Notes under the pieces: generated by a model
Seen by the model: only the letters and a program-made list of their open reading frames with translations
What the model was told of the DNA's origin: nothing
The model's database searches: none
Position numbers and translations under genes: made by a program
Source of the DNA: Limisphaerales bacterium
GTDB taxonomy: Bacteria; Verrucomicrobiota; Verrucomicrobiia; Limisphaerales; AAA164-E04
DNA: 64,000 nt
Reading direction: 5' to 3'
NCBI GenBank assembly: GCA_965242585.1
Contig: OZ251460.1
Span: 2,574,692 to 2,638,691 of the forward strand
Shown: positions 27,961 to 37,905 of the stretch, one piece after another
Layout: each line of letters begins with the position of its first letter
Position numbering within the stretch: the stretch's first letter is position 1

Positions 27961-30005
27961 TGAAACTTACCCGAATTCAACAATTTTCCCCGGCGCTCTT
28001 CGCGCTTTTGCTCCCGTTCTCTATGGATGGTTTGGCGCGTTCTTGGCGCGTCAGCCAAGTGCCGAACGGAAACAGCTTCAGCTGCACGCTTTGTCACGTC
28101 CGTCCCAACGGCGCGGGAGCAAAGAACGCTTTTGGCGATGCCGTCAACGCTGTCGTTGGACGGGGCAGTCGAGCAGAATTTTGGTCGGCCGCCTTGGCGC
28201 AACTGGACTCCGATGGCGACGGATTTTCCAACGGCCAAGAGCTGGGCGATCCCGACGGCGACGGCGTGCCAATCCCTGAAGCGTCAGTCACCCATCCCGG
28301 CGACCCCGCCAGCAAGCCGGAGACTCCTTTTGAAATCCCTAGCGCCGAATCCCTCGGCTTGAAGCGGATCGTCCCCGACAAAATTCTCTTCGAAACGACT
28401 TGGGATAATTGGGAAAACTGGGCGCCGGACACCGCAGTGATTGGAACGCACACTTTCCTAATCGGCGTCAACACCTTCGCCGAACCGGCGGAAAACAGCG
28501 GACAACCACACCCCCTTGCCCTACAACCGGCCGATGGCGGAGAAGCCAAGAAAACAGCGGGATTTTACAGCGATGCCGGAACGCCCTACAACGGCCGAAT
28601 GGATACCTCGCGCCAAATGGGAAATCCACTCCAAATCGCCGGCGATCGGCGGCCGGGAGCCAGAGGATACGCCGTGGGAATAGAAGCTTCGCCCCATGTT
28701 TTCCCGGCGTTTCAATCCGACAACCGTTGGAATCTCGGATTCCACCGGCCCGCCGACGGAACCTACGCAACCGTGCAAATGTTCTCCTTAAATCTGCCAA
28801 CGCGCGCGCCCGCGCCAACTTCGCTAGCCATTGACGCCGTCAACGGACGGCTGACCCACGGTTCGCCCGCCGGCAATCCCATCGGACACTTCGGCGGAGA
28901 CTTAGCGATCCTCGACAATGGAAACGTCGTTCTCGTTGCCAAAGATCGCTCCGGCCTTCGAGAAGCCTCCAGCGTCGTAGCCGCCGTCATTCTTGCCCGC
29001 GACGGCTCGGTTGTGCGGGAAAGTTGGGTCGTGGACTCGCGCAACGTTTCCGCCGGCGTTTCCTCCTATAAAGAAGGATTCTGCATCCACGCGCTAGACC
29101 GGCTCTACTTCCACAACAACGCCGGAGAACTGCGCGGGCAAATTGGCCAAGCCGAGCTGCCGGAAACTCTGCAATTCGACACCCAACAAGACGGCTCGGC
29201 GCAAATCGCATCCCACGTCAACCAATCCTTAGTCTTCTTGGCGGGAACGGCCGATTTGTTTAACAAACAAGGCGATCGGCTAAAAGACGCCTCCGGACAG
29301 TTTCGAAAAAGCGTCCACATCGCTGTCTTCGACGCAACGACGCCAAAGTTCCTCTCTCGCCGAATTGTCAGCGAAGTGTCCGCCGGCAACGGGGGTTCGG
29401 ACGCCGTCGACCTGCCCGGCGCTTTTGGCCGCGTTGACCTAGCCGCAGACGCTCTGGGACGCACGGCCGCAGCCTTTGAAGTAAAGCAACTAGAAGCCGA
29501 AAACCCGCAAACGCTAATTCGCTTGCTCGCCTACGACTCAACAGCCGATAAATGGAGTGTCCTCACTCCCAGCTTCTTCGCCTTTTACAATCACGAGCGC
29601 CCCGAATTCCGCTCCATTTCTCCCTCTATCAGCATGACCGCTCAGGAAATTCTGGTAGCCGCAAAAGGAGAAATCAATCAATCAACCAATCCTTCCGCTG
29701 GAGCCAACCCCCCACCGAAAACGACCTTTTATACCATGTTCTCCCATCCCGATCCTCAAGACGATCCCACTACGGGAATCATTCCTGCGGCGCCTATTGT
29801 GATTGAAAACGCTTCCATTGCCGAAGAGAATACTATCTCCATAAATTGGTCGGGAGGCGTCGGTCCCTTTCTACTGCAGCGCAAAACGTCAATTGACGAT
29901 CCTACATGGCAAAGGCTGATTGAATCCGCAGAACGAACCGTTGCCGCTCCAATAAGCGGCCCGATGAGTTTATTCCGTATTGTAGATCTCGGCGCCGGTC
30001 AATAA
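27961..30005 (+). CDS. Large secreted protein with N-terminal CxxCH motif and Asp-rich (thrombospondin-type-3-like) repeat
   Basis: A GTG at 27961 gives the signal-like VKLTRIQQFSPALFALLLPFS. This is followed by FSCTLCHVRPNGAGAKNAFGDA and DSDGDGFSNGQELGDPDGDG. The remaining ~550 aa are unassigned. The track start at 27696 overlaps the previous gene and looks spurious. Confidence 0.6.
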
Positions 30006-31019
30006 CGCAACGTAGTTTTGGCTGAGGATTTTCCATTATGGAAGCATCTCGAAAAACTGGAACCCCGCTCGTTGTAGCAGGCTATAACATTATTAATGCG
30101 TAATATAGGAAAAAACGGAAGGAACAACAATTCTATAAATGCGTGAAATAATTGGAATCGCAAGGTAGTTTTGCGACCGTGATTGCTGCCACTTATTATC
30201 AATTCACAACGGCGAATTGTCTAATAATGAAGAGACTCGCGAAAGGCGCCAAACTTTTCTGTCGAGGAGAAAGAACGAGTTCTTCGAAGAAGGATTTTCC
30301 GCGGATTTACGAGGATGCATCAGGCTTGGCAGGCTACGCCGAATTTGGAACGGGCAATTGTCATTATCGATGCTTTGCTATGGATCAAGAGGATGTGACT
30401 ATCGGACTTACGGGAAAGTTTTACCTTATTCGGATACCGCGCGGCGGCTCGTGTTCTGTCAACAGTTCCGGCGGGAGTGGCAGCAGTTAATTAGGGGCTA
30501 GGGAGTCAGTTTTCTGTTTTGTTTCCGGTATTCTTTGGCTTTGGAACATTTATACTATAATAAAAAGAGCGGTCGAGAAGCGGTTTTGTAGAAGTGGGCA
30601 AGCGGACGGTTGAAATGTAGGGGCGTTGAGTTGTTGGAGTCCGTGGGAGCGGGCTATGTCTTTGCGTAGTTCCGGTTTTTGATGGGAGCGGTAAGGCGGG
30701 GGTGAGTTTTTTTCAATCTTCGGCGTTGATTCTTGCGGATTCGTTGATTGGCGCGGCGGCTTTGTTACTGCCTTGCGAGGCTCGCGTCGGGATTTTGCTT
30801 GGAGTTGGCGGGATGCTTTTAATGTATTGCTGGATAGGAACGGCGGCTGGCTGATGCGGCGGATGGGGTTGTAGGCGGCCGCTGGGCAACCGCGATAAAA
30901 TTGGAGTGACAAGTTTTGCGAATGTTGCCAACATGTGAAGCGTCCGGCGTATGGTTTGGATTTCTTTGCGGGCCGATTCAGATTTTCGGCGGAATGGATT
31001 CCATCATTGGCGGGAAGAT

Positions 31020-32288
31020 ATGTCCAAACTGCCTGTAGAATTGTTGTTTGCGCTTCGTTATCTGAAGCCGAAGCGAACTTTCGTTTCCGTCATCACGATG
31101 ATTTCGATTGTCGGCGTGATGTTGGGCGTGGCGGTTTTGATTGTCGTGATCGCCGTGATGAGCGGTTTTGACCAGCAATTGCGGGAGAAGATTTTCGGGT
31201 TTAACCCCCATCTGCGCGTGCAGGAAAGGGACGCCAGCATGGCGGCTTACCGCGAGGTGTTGCCGGCGGTGCTTGCGGCCGAGGCCGTTCGGGAAGCGGC
31301 TCCCTACATTGCCGGGCCGATCGTCGTGGAAACGCAGACGGCAACCCCTAGAATAGCGATGCCCTCTTTGATCGGCGTGGATTCAGAGCGCGAGAGCAGT
31401 ATTCTGCTCGAAAGCATGATCGACGGCGCGTTTGACGTGGAAGGACAAGGCGTCGTCATCGGCCATCGCCTGGCGCGCGCGTTGGGATTGAGAACGGGAG
31501 ACCCTCTTGCCGTGTATTCTCACAGCGGACTTCGACAAATCCACCGCTTGACGCAAAGCGGAGGAGAGCGAGAGCCGCTGCCGCTGCCGGACGACTACGT
31601 GGTGCGGGGAATTTTCGACACAGGCTATTATGAGTATGACTCTAACGTAATCGTTTGCTCTGTCTTCGACGCGCAAGAGCTCTTCCTCAACGGCACGGAC
31701 GCCGTGCACGGCCTTCACGTAGTTCTCAACGATCCCTACGACGCAGCCGCGGCGCAGACGGCGCTTCAAAAAAAGCTGGGAGACGACTTTACGGTTCACA
31801 GCTGGCTTGAAGAACACTCCAGCCTGCTCAGCGCTTTGGTCGTAGAAAAAAACATGATCCGATTTCTCCTCTTCTTTATCGTTTTGGTAGCGGCCTTTGG
31901 AATCACGAGTTCGCAAATTACCTTCGTCGTGCAAAAAACAAAGGAGATAGGAATGTTAAAAGCCTTGGGCGCCACTGCTCGGCAGATTCTGCTCATCTTC
32001 CTCTGCCAAAGTTTTATCGTCGGCATTGCCGGGGTGATCTCCGGATTCGGACTGGGGCTTCTAGCCATTGAATATCGCAACGAATTCCTCCTGTGGATGA
32101 ATCGAGCGGCCGGCTTCGACCTCTTTCCCGCCAGCGTCTATGGCTTTGCGCTTTTGCCAGCGGTGGTGGACGCTACAGACTTGGCGACCATTTGCGGAGG
32201 ATCGCTCTTGATTTGCTCGTTGGCAGGCATTCTACCGGCCATTAACGCCAGCCGCCTGCGTCCAGTGGAATCCTTGCGCCATGAGTGA
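31020..32288 (+). CDS. LolC/LolE-like ABC transporter permease (FtsX/MacB-type)
   Basis: MSKLPVELLFALRYLKPKRTFVSVITMISIVGVMLGVAVLIVV, a periplasmic MacB-like domain and a C-terminal FtsX 3-TM bundle. The start is set at ATG 31020. Confidence 0.85.
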   Translation: MSKLPVELLFALRYLKPKRTFVSVITMISIVGVMLGVAVLIVVIAVMSGFDQQLREKIFGFNPHLRVQERDASMAAYREVLPAVLAAEAVREAAPYIAGPIVVETQTATPRIAMPSLIGVDSERESSILLESMIDGAFDVEGQGVVIGHRLARALGLRTGDPLAVYSHSGLRQIHRLTQSGGEREPLPLPDDYVVRGIFDTGYYEYDSNVIVCSVFDAQELFLNGTDAVHGLHVVLNDPYDAAAAQTALQKKLGDDFTVHSWLEEHSSLLSALVVEKNMIRFLLFFIVLVAAFGITSSQITFVVQKTKEIGMLKALGATARQILLIFLCQSFIVGIAGVISGFGLGLLAIEYRNEFLLWMNRAAGFDLFPASVYGFALLPAVVDATDLATICGGSLLICSLAGILPAINASRLRPVESLRHE

Positions 32289-32994
32289 CCACCGGCCAAC
32301 GATGTCTCCCCAAACAGTTGCTTCCGATCCCATGCTGACGGCGGCCAACGTCGCAAAAAGCTATCGAATCGGCAACAAAACCGTCCCCGTGCTTCGCGGC
32401 GTGAACCTCGAACTGAACGCGCGAGACTTTCTAGCCGTTCACGGCGCCTCCGGCGCCGGCAAAAGCACGTTGCTTCATTTATTGGGGGGATTGGACGTTG
32501 CGGATTCCGGCGAAATTTGCTTCCAAGGAAAAAATTTTCAAAAATGGAAAAGAACCAATCTGTCGCGCCTCCGAAACCGGGAAATCGGCTTTGTCTTCCA
32601 AGCCTACCATCTGTTTCCCGAATTCAGCGCTTTGGAAAACGTCTGTCTTCCCGGCAAAATCTCGCGGCGTCCGACGACAACGCTTACTCAAAAAGCCGCG
32701 GCGCTACTCGAACAAGTAGGTTTGAAAGACCGCATGAACCACCGCCCTTGCGAACTCTCCGGCGGCGAACAGCAACGGGTGGCCATCGCCCGATCGCTCG
32801 TCAACGATCCCTCTCTATTGCTTGCCGACGAGCCAACCGGAAACTTAGACTCCATCGCCGGCCGGCAAATTATCGACCTGCTGGAAACACTGCGCGGCGA
32901 GCGGCAAATTGCCCTAGTATTAGCCACCCACGACTTGAAGATTGGAAACCGCGCCCGGCAAGTCGCCCACCTCGTCGACGGCCGCCTGCAATAA
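32281..32994 (+). CDS. LolD-like ABC transporter ATP-binding protein
   Basis: Walker A GASGAGKST, signature LSGGEQQRVAIARS and Walker B LLLADEPTGNLD. It overlaps the permease stop. Confidence 0.85.
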   Translation: MSDHRPTMSPQTVASDPMLTAANVAKSYRIGNKTVPVLRGVNLELNARDFLAVHGASGAGKSTLLHLLGGLDVADSGEICFQGKNFQKWKRTNLSRLRNREIGFVFQAYHLFPEFSALENVCLPGKISRRPTTTLTQKAAALLEQVGLKDRMNHRPCELSGGEQQRVAIARSLVNDPSLLLADEPTGNLDSIAGRQIIDLLETLRGERQIALVLATHDLKIGNRARQVAHLVDGRLQ

Positions 32995-33176
32995 AAGCAT
33001 CAGAATAAACCTAGTGGCTTACAACCTGCTAATTGTTCATCAGCGCGCGGGCGACGAATTCCCGTTGCGTTGGCCTGCCTTCCCTACAAACCCACTTTCC
33101 AAAATGCCTTTGTCTCCGCCATCTGAACGCCAACTTCGTTTAGTTTATGGATTTGTCAACTCTTTTTTCATTCTTT

Positions 33177-33785
33177 TCAAAGTTTTTTAAAGGAAAGAAT
33201 TTCCAAACTAGCGATTGCGTCTCCTTTTTTAGATGCCTTTTCCAACCATTTCTTCGCTTCGACGAGATCCTTCTGCACGAGCATGCCTTCCTTATGCTCA
33301 AAGCCAAGTTTGCGCATATCTTCAGGATTGCCCTTTTCAGCGCCTCTTTTGATTTTCTCGAATTCAATCTTATTGAAAAGATTGAGATTCTTAACGAGAT
33401 CGAAATTGAGATACACTCGAAGGCTGTAAGCAATCCAGTAACTCACGTATATTCCGCATTCAAGCGCTTTGGTTGATTTTACGGCATTTGAAGCGATGTC
33501 GCGAGCGACCGCTCTCATTCCTTCTTTAATTTGATTCAATGCCCATCTGCGTGAGAATTTAGAGTTTCTTCTGTATTGATAGGGAAATGCTTGCTCGAAA
33601 TCAGCGTCGTCAAATTTGAAAACAAGCCGTCCGCCTTTGTATTGACGCACGTCTAACTCGACAACTTTATGGACGCACAAAGTGCCTCTCTCGTTTAATT
33701 CCCGTGTATGCGATAGAATTTTCATCTGTTCAATTTTCCTTCCTTGTAAAACATCAGACATCGGCGGAGACTGAAAAAGATACAT
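33177..33785 (-). CDS. Hypothetical protein with C-terminal Sel1-like repeat
   Basis: 202 aa in an AT-rich segment. EKGNPEDMRKLGFEHKEGMLVQKDLVEAKKWLEKASKKGDAIA fits the Sel1 repeat consensus. The N-terminal ~150 aa are unassigned. Confidence 0.5.
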   Translation of the reverse strand: MYLFQSPPMSDVLQGRKIEQMKILSHTRELNERGTLCVHKVVELDVRQYKGGRLVFKFDDADFEQAFPYQYRRNSKFSRRWALNQIKEGMRAVARDIASNAVKSTKALECGIYVSYWIAYSLRVYLNFDLVKNLNLFNKIEFEKIKRGAEKGNPEDMRKLGFEHKEGMLVQKDLVEAKKWLEKASKKGDAIASLEILSFKKL

Positions 33786-33809
33786 CTTTTTTGATTTATT
33801 TTCAAGTCG

Positions 33810-35375
33810 TTAGGCTAGATCAGATTGGATGGTCGTTCCGACGTTGACGAGCGGTTTGCCGTTCAGAGGATTAACCATGATGGGCAGTTGAGGATAGACG
33901 CCGTCTTTGCCTTGAAAGCGGTCTTTGACCGGCCAGTGTTGCATTCGGCGGAAGGATCGAGTTCCGTTGGGCATTTTGAACGTTCCCAGCGAGAGCGCCT
34001 TTTGCTCGAATCCCTTCGTCCATTCCTTGTCGTCCAGCGTGATGAAAATGCCGGCCGCCACTTTGGGGTTGGATTGAATAACATCCGCAAACGCCCGGAC
34101 GTTATCTTTGCTCACGCGCCCGCTTTTGACTTGGACGATGACTTCGTCCTCGCCGTCTTCAGTCTTGCCATACAGCAATCCCTTGCCGTCGATGCCGCCG
34201 TCGCCGCGTTTGATTTTGTTAGACAGAATGCCGATGTCGCCAAAGTTCAGCGTCTCCGCCGCCCACGCCTCAAAAGCGAACGGGTCTTGTTTGGCGAGCA
34301 ACCGCGCGCCGGTGATATTGGTTGGGATGCCGTAAACGGGAATGTCGATTCCGCATTTGGATTTGATGCGTTTATGCGTGACCGAATGAATGGAGAACAC
34401 CGATATGTCAATGCCGATGAAGCGGCGGTTGTTATTGATGGCGGAATGAATCGTCGTGCCGCAACCGCAAAATGGATCTAATACCACGTCGCCTTCATTA
34501 CTGCTGGCTTTGATTATCCGATCCAATAACGAAACTGGTTTCTGCGTCGGATAACCAAGGAACTCTTTGGTTTCTTGTTTGGCGAACCATCCAGCTTGCC
34601 CGTAAAGTTGCATTATGTCTGACCACACATTTGATAGCGGAACGCCGGGGCTTTCGTCCAAATACTGCCGAACAATTTTCCCTTTGCGAGATCTTGTTTG
34701 GTACTTCCTTCCGTCATCATCGGTGTGCCTGAACCAGTCTTTTACATACTTCTCGCTGTAAGGCAGATATTGGCGGTTGTATGTGTGTTTGCTGTAATTA
34801 TTAGCGTATGCCATCAACACATCGTGCGCTTTGACAGGCTTTTTGCCGGAGACTCTGCCGCCAGAAGGAGTGCCGTAATTCCAAATAATTTCCGATATGA
34901 AGTTTTTGGGTCCGAAAATGGCATCCATGAGCAAGCGCAAGTAGTAGTTGGCGCTAGGATCGCAGTGGAGGTAGATGGATCCTGTTTCTTTGAGAAGTTG
35001 TTGGCAAAGCCAAAGACGGTCGGCCATGTAGCTGAGGTAAGCCAGCATCCCGGAATCGCGCTCTTCTAAATAGCCGCGCAAGATTTCAATAAGTTCCCGG
35101 GCTGGATGAGCGGGAGTTTTGAGGATGACATCGACTCGCTCGGCGGATTGCTCGTCCCAAGTCCACATGTCCGTGAATGCGTCGAGACTGCCGGTGTCTG
35201 ACTCTTTGGATTTGGCGGTGGGCGCGCCGTAGTTGCGGTTGCTGTTGAACGGCGGGTCCAAATAAATCAGGTCGATGATCCCTTGCACGCCCGCATTCTT
35301 CCAAGCGGCCATAATGTCGGCGCAATCGCCGTAGTAAGCCGCGTCGGGTTGGTAATCTAGGTTTATCGTGGTCAT
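33810..35375 (-). CDS. Beta-class site-specific DNA methyltransferase (N4/N6) fused to a C-terminal PD-(D/E)XK Mrr-like domain
   Basis: Motif IV IYLDPPFNSNRNY comes before motif I VLDPFCGCGTT, which is the beta-class order. The C-terminal RGDGGIDGKGLL...EVIVQVKSGRVS resembles the Mrr_cat nuclease core. Confidence 0.85.
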   Translation of the reverse strand: MTTINLDYQPDAAYYGDCADIMAAWKNAGVQGIIDLIYLDPPFNSNRNYGAPTAKSKESDTGSLDAFTDMWTWDEQSAERVDVILKTPAHPARELIEILRGYLEERDSGMLAYLSYMADRLWLCQQLLKETGSIYLHCDPSANYYLRLLMDAIFGPKNFISEIIWNYGTPSGGRVSGKKPVKAHDVLMAYANNYSKHTYNRQYLPYSEKYVKDWFRHTDDDGRKYQTRSRKGKIVRQYLDESPGVPLSNVWSDIMQLYGQAGWFAKQETKEFLGYPTQKPVSLLDRIIKASSNEGDVVLDPFCGCGTTIHSAINNNRRFIGIDISVFSIHSVTHKRIKSKCGIDIPVYGIPTNITGARLLAKQDPFAFEAWAAETLNFGDIGILSNKIKRGDGGIDGKGLLYGKTEDGEDEVIVQVKSGRVSKDNVRAFADVIQSNPKVAAGIFITLDDKEWTKGFEQKALSLGTFKMPNGTRSFRRMQHWPVKDRFQGKDGVYPQLPIMVNPLNGKPLVNVGTTIQSDLA

Positions 35376-35378
35376 GTT

Positions 35379-35654
35379 TTATCGAGATTTTGCGGGGTTT
35401 AGGTAGAGCTTGCCGTCCTTCCTTTCCTCCACAATCACCAGCGGATTGGCCATGTAATGTTTGTCAAAATGATCGCTGATTGCTTTTGAAACGATGGATT
35501 CGCGGCCGTCTTTGGTGGATCCTGCGAGATTGCGGAAGGCTTGAAACCAACCTTTTGGCTTGCCGTCGTTGGCCGTTTCCCGGCCTATTTTCCGTTCTTC
35601 TTCGGTCATGTCTTGGTCTTTGGTTCCGCCTCCGATGGTGCCGTGCGGAGACAT
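35379..35654 (-). CDS. Small hypothetical protein co-transcribed with the methyltransferase
   Basis: 91-aa charged ORF whose stop lies 3 nt upstream of the methyltransferase ATG. No motif recognised. Confidence 0.45.
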   Translation of the reverse strand: MSPHGTIGGGTKDQDMTEEERKIGRETANDGKPKGWFQAFRNLAGSTKDGRESIVSKAISDHFDKHYMANPLVIVEERKDGKLYLNPAKSR

Positions 35655-35861
35655 TTATCGTGGTTTTCTTTGATGCATTTTTCAACGAATGTCTATGGAC
35701 AGCGTGGCGCATATGCGGGGCAATGGCAAGTGTGATTTATCGATTTCCGCTCCCATGTTGTCATCAAGTATTCGAGTGGATTGTCGGCCAGGTTTGGCGT
35801 TGGCGCGCAAGCTTGGTATAAGGGGCTTGTCGGGCGGGGCGGATTGTGGTTGGGTAAAGCT

Positions 35862-37058
35862 ATGCGACGGTTTTGTATTTGGATTGAGGGGTTGGATTGC
35901 GCTTGGTTGTGGCGCTTGGTTTTTGTGGTTGGTTTGGGGGCGGCGGCCGTTGGCGATGGATTGCGGGTTTTGGCGGCGGAGTATCGGGTTTTTGTGGGCA
36001 CTTACACGGGCGGGGAGAGTCAGGGAATTTATTCGTTCTCTTTTGACGCATCCAAAGAAAAGGTCGGGGCGCTTGGCTTGGCGGCGGAGGTGGAGAATCC
36101 TTCGTTTCTCGCCATTCATCCAAACCGTCGGTTTCTTTACGCCGTCAACGAAGTCAACGAGTTTGATGGGGAGGCGTCGGGCGCCGCCAGCGCTTATCAG
36201 ATTCGGCCGGACGGCTCGCTGTTGTTTCTCAATCGAGCGGCGACTGGCGGCGGGGCGCCTTGTCATTTAGTTGTGGAGGCAACTGGGAATTTTTTGCTGG
36301 TTGCGAATTACAATGGCGGCAGTGTTTCAGTGTTTCGGCTGGGCGGGGACGGTTTTATTCAGGAACGCACGGAGATGGTGCGGCATCTTGGCAGCGGCAA
36401 GCATCCGCGCCGGCAAAGGAGGCCTCATGCTCATTCCGTCAACTTGGACGTCGGCAATCGTTACGTCGCAGCCGCCGATCTCGGAGTCGACAAAGTTTTT
36501 GTTTATCCGTTGGATGCGGCGACGGGCCGGCTCCATTTGGCGAAAGCCAGCGCAACCTCTCTTCCGCCAGGCTCCGGCCCGCGCCACTTTGCCTTTCATC
36601 CGCAGGGAAAATTGGCCTTTGTCAATGGCGAGCTGTCTTCGTCTTTGACCAGTTTGCGCTGGAATTCGGCGGAAGGAACTTTGGAACCGTTGGATACGAA
36701 GTCCACTTTGCCCGCTGATTTTGACGGCGGCAATTCCACTGCCGAAGTCCGGGCGCATCCCAACGGCAAGTTTGTTTATGTCTCGAATCGGGGGCACGAC
36801 AGCATTGCCGTTTTTGGCGTGGATGCGGCAACGGGGCGGTTGACGCCGATGGAGCGCGAGCCGACGCAGGGGAAAACGCCGAGGCATTTTGGCATTTCTC
36901 CCGGCGGCGACTATCTTTTGGCGGCGAATCAAAAGTCCCATTCCATCGTTATTTTTCGCATCGATTCTGCGACCGGCAAACTTGAGGCGACCGGCTTGAA
37001 AGTGAAAGCGCCGACGCCGGTGTGCATTCAGTTTTTGCCAATGGCGAAGGCGGATTAA
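35862..37058 (+). CDS. Lactonase, 7-bladed beta-propeller (6-phosphogluconolactonase/YbhE-like), secreted
   Basis: YRVFVGTYTGGESQGIYSFSFD, NPSFLAIHPNRRFLYAVNE and GGAPCHL match the lactonase family. The start is set at ATG 35862 and is followed by a signal-like segment. Confidence 0.8.
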   Translation: MRRFCIWIEGLDCAWLWRLVFVVGLGAAAVGDGLRVLAAEYRVFVGTYTGGESQGIYSFSFDASKEKVGALGLAAEVENPSFLAIHPNRRFLYAVNEVNEFDGEASGAASAYQIRPDGSLLFLNRAATGGGAPCHLVVEATGNFLLVANYNGGSVSVFRLGGDGFIQERTEMVRHLGSGKHPRRQRRPHAHSVNLDVGNRYVAAADLGVDKVFVYPLDAATGRLHLAKASATSLPPGSGPRHFAFHPQGKLAFVNGELSSSLTSLRWNSAEGTLEPLDTKSTLPADFDGGNSTAEVRAHPNGKFVYVSNRGHDSIAVFGVDAATGRLTPMEREPTQGKTPRHFGISPGGDYLLAANQKSHSIVIFRIDSATGKLEATGLKVKAPTPVCIQFLPMAKAD

Positions 37059-37065
37059 TCTGGTT

Positions 37066-37827
37066 TTGCGCGGCTGCAGACAAGGCTTGCCTTGCTTCCA
37101 AAATGCGGGTATCCTTTTCTGCCTTATGTGGTTTGCATCAGAAAATTGGGCTAGAGGCTTGGCTTTCTTGCTGTTGGCGTTGTTGGCGTCAACAGCGTTT
37201 TGGCTGGCGGCGCACGCGCTATTTCCAAAATTCAGCGATCAATCTAGCCGGCGTTGGCAAAGACCGTGGCAGGATATAGGGCTTGGCTTGGCGATCATTC
37301 TGCCGCTTTTTCTGTTGACGCTTGGTGTTCAAAGGTGGGTGGATAATTTTTCGTTGGTTTTTGAAGTTCTCGGCGTCTTGGGTGTTGGTCTGGCGAGCGC
37401 GCTTTCTCTTGGGGCGTTGGCCGGCCTTGCAGGATTGGCTTTGCGAATCGGCGCCGGCATGAAGGGAGCGCGCGAAGACCGCCATTCTTGGCCGGTCTCT
37501 TTGCGAGGGAGCGTTGTTCTGGCGGCGATTGGTGGGTTTCCCGTATTGAACTTCTTCTTCATTCCGGTTCTGTTGGCCGGCGGACTGGGGAACTCCATAA
37601 TGACTTTGCTTCGACGGAAACCTCCTCATTTGGGACGGGCGCGAGGCGTTGGTTCCCGGGGACTTTCCCGAAGCGGACGCGGCGAAGGAGAACATTTGGA
37701 TCGTCCGGCTCGGCAGGTGCGTCGGGCAAGACCTCCCCGTCGCCGAGACGATCCAGATGCGCCGAGAACGGAGCCCCGAAGAACGACGGAAGCAAAAGGA
37801 AGCGCCCCGTCTGCCGGCAGCCAATAA
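37066..37827 (+). CDS. Hypothetical polytopic membrane protein with Arg-rich tail
   Basis: Several hydrophobic helices (LAFLLLALLASTAFWLAAHALF, GLGLAIILPLFLLTLGV and others). No family recognised, and the start is uncertain. Confidence 0.4.
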   Translation: MRGCRQGLPCFQNAGILFCLMWFASENWARGLAFLLLALLASTAFWLAAHALFPKFSDQSSRRWQRPWQDIGLGLAIILPLFLLTLGVQRWVDNFSLVFEVLGVLGVGLASALSLGALAGLAGLALRIGAGMKGAREDRHSWPVSLRGSVVLAAIGGFPVLNFFFIPVLLAGGLGNSIMTLLRRKPPHLGRARGVGSRGLSRSGRGEGEHLDRPARQVRRARPPRRRDDPDAPRTEPRRTTEAKGSAPSAGSQ

Positions 37828-37905
37828 TCGCTTCGTTTTGGCGGGTTCCCGGCAACTCGGAGCAGACGGCTATCCCGTTCGTTTTGATCTGGCGCGTTTG
37901 GAGGC

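Noticed and set aside
30152-30501. ORFs of 112 and 94 aa in the 1-kb gap
   Set aside because: They overlap each other in different frames and have no motif, RBS or signal features I could support.
35682-36270. Overlapping ~190-aa ORFs on both strands upstream of and within the lactonase 5' end
   Set aside because: Both have skewed composition. The lactonase frame, which starts at ATG 35862 and is followed by a signal-like segment, explains the region.
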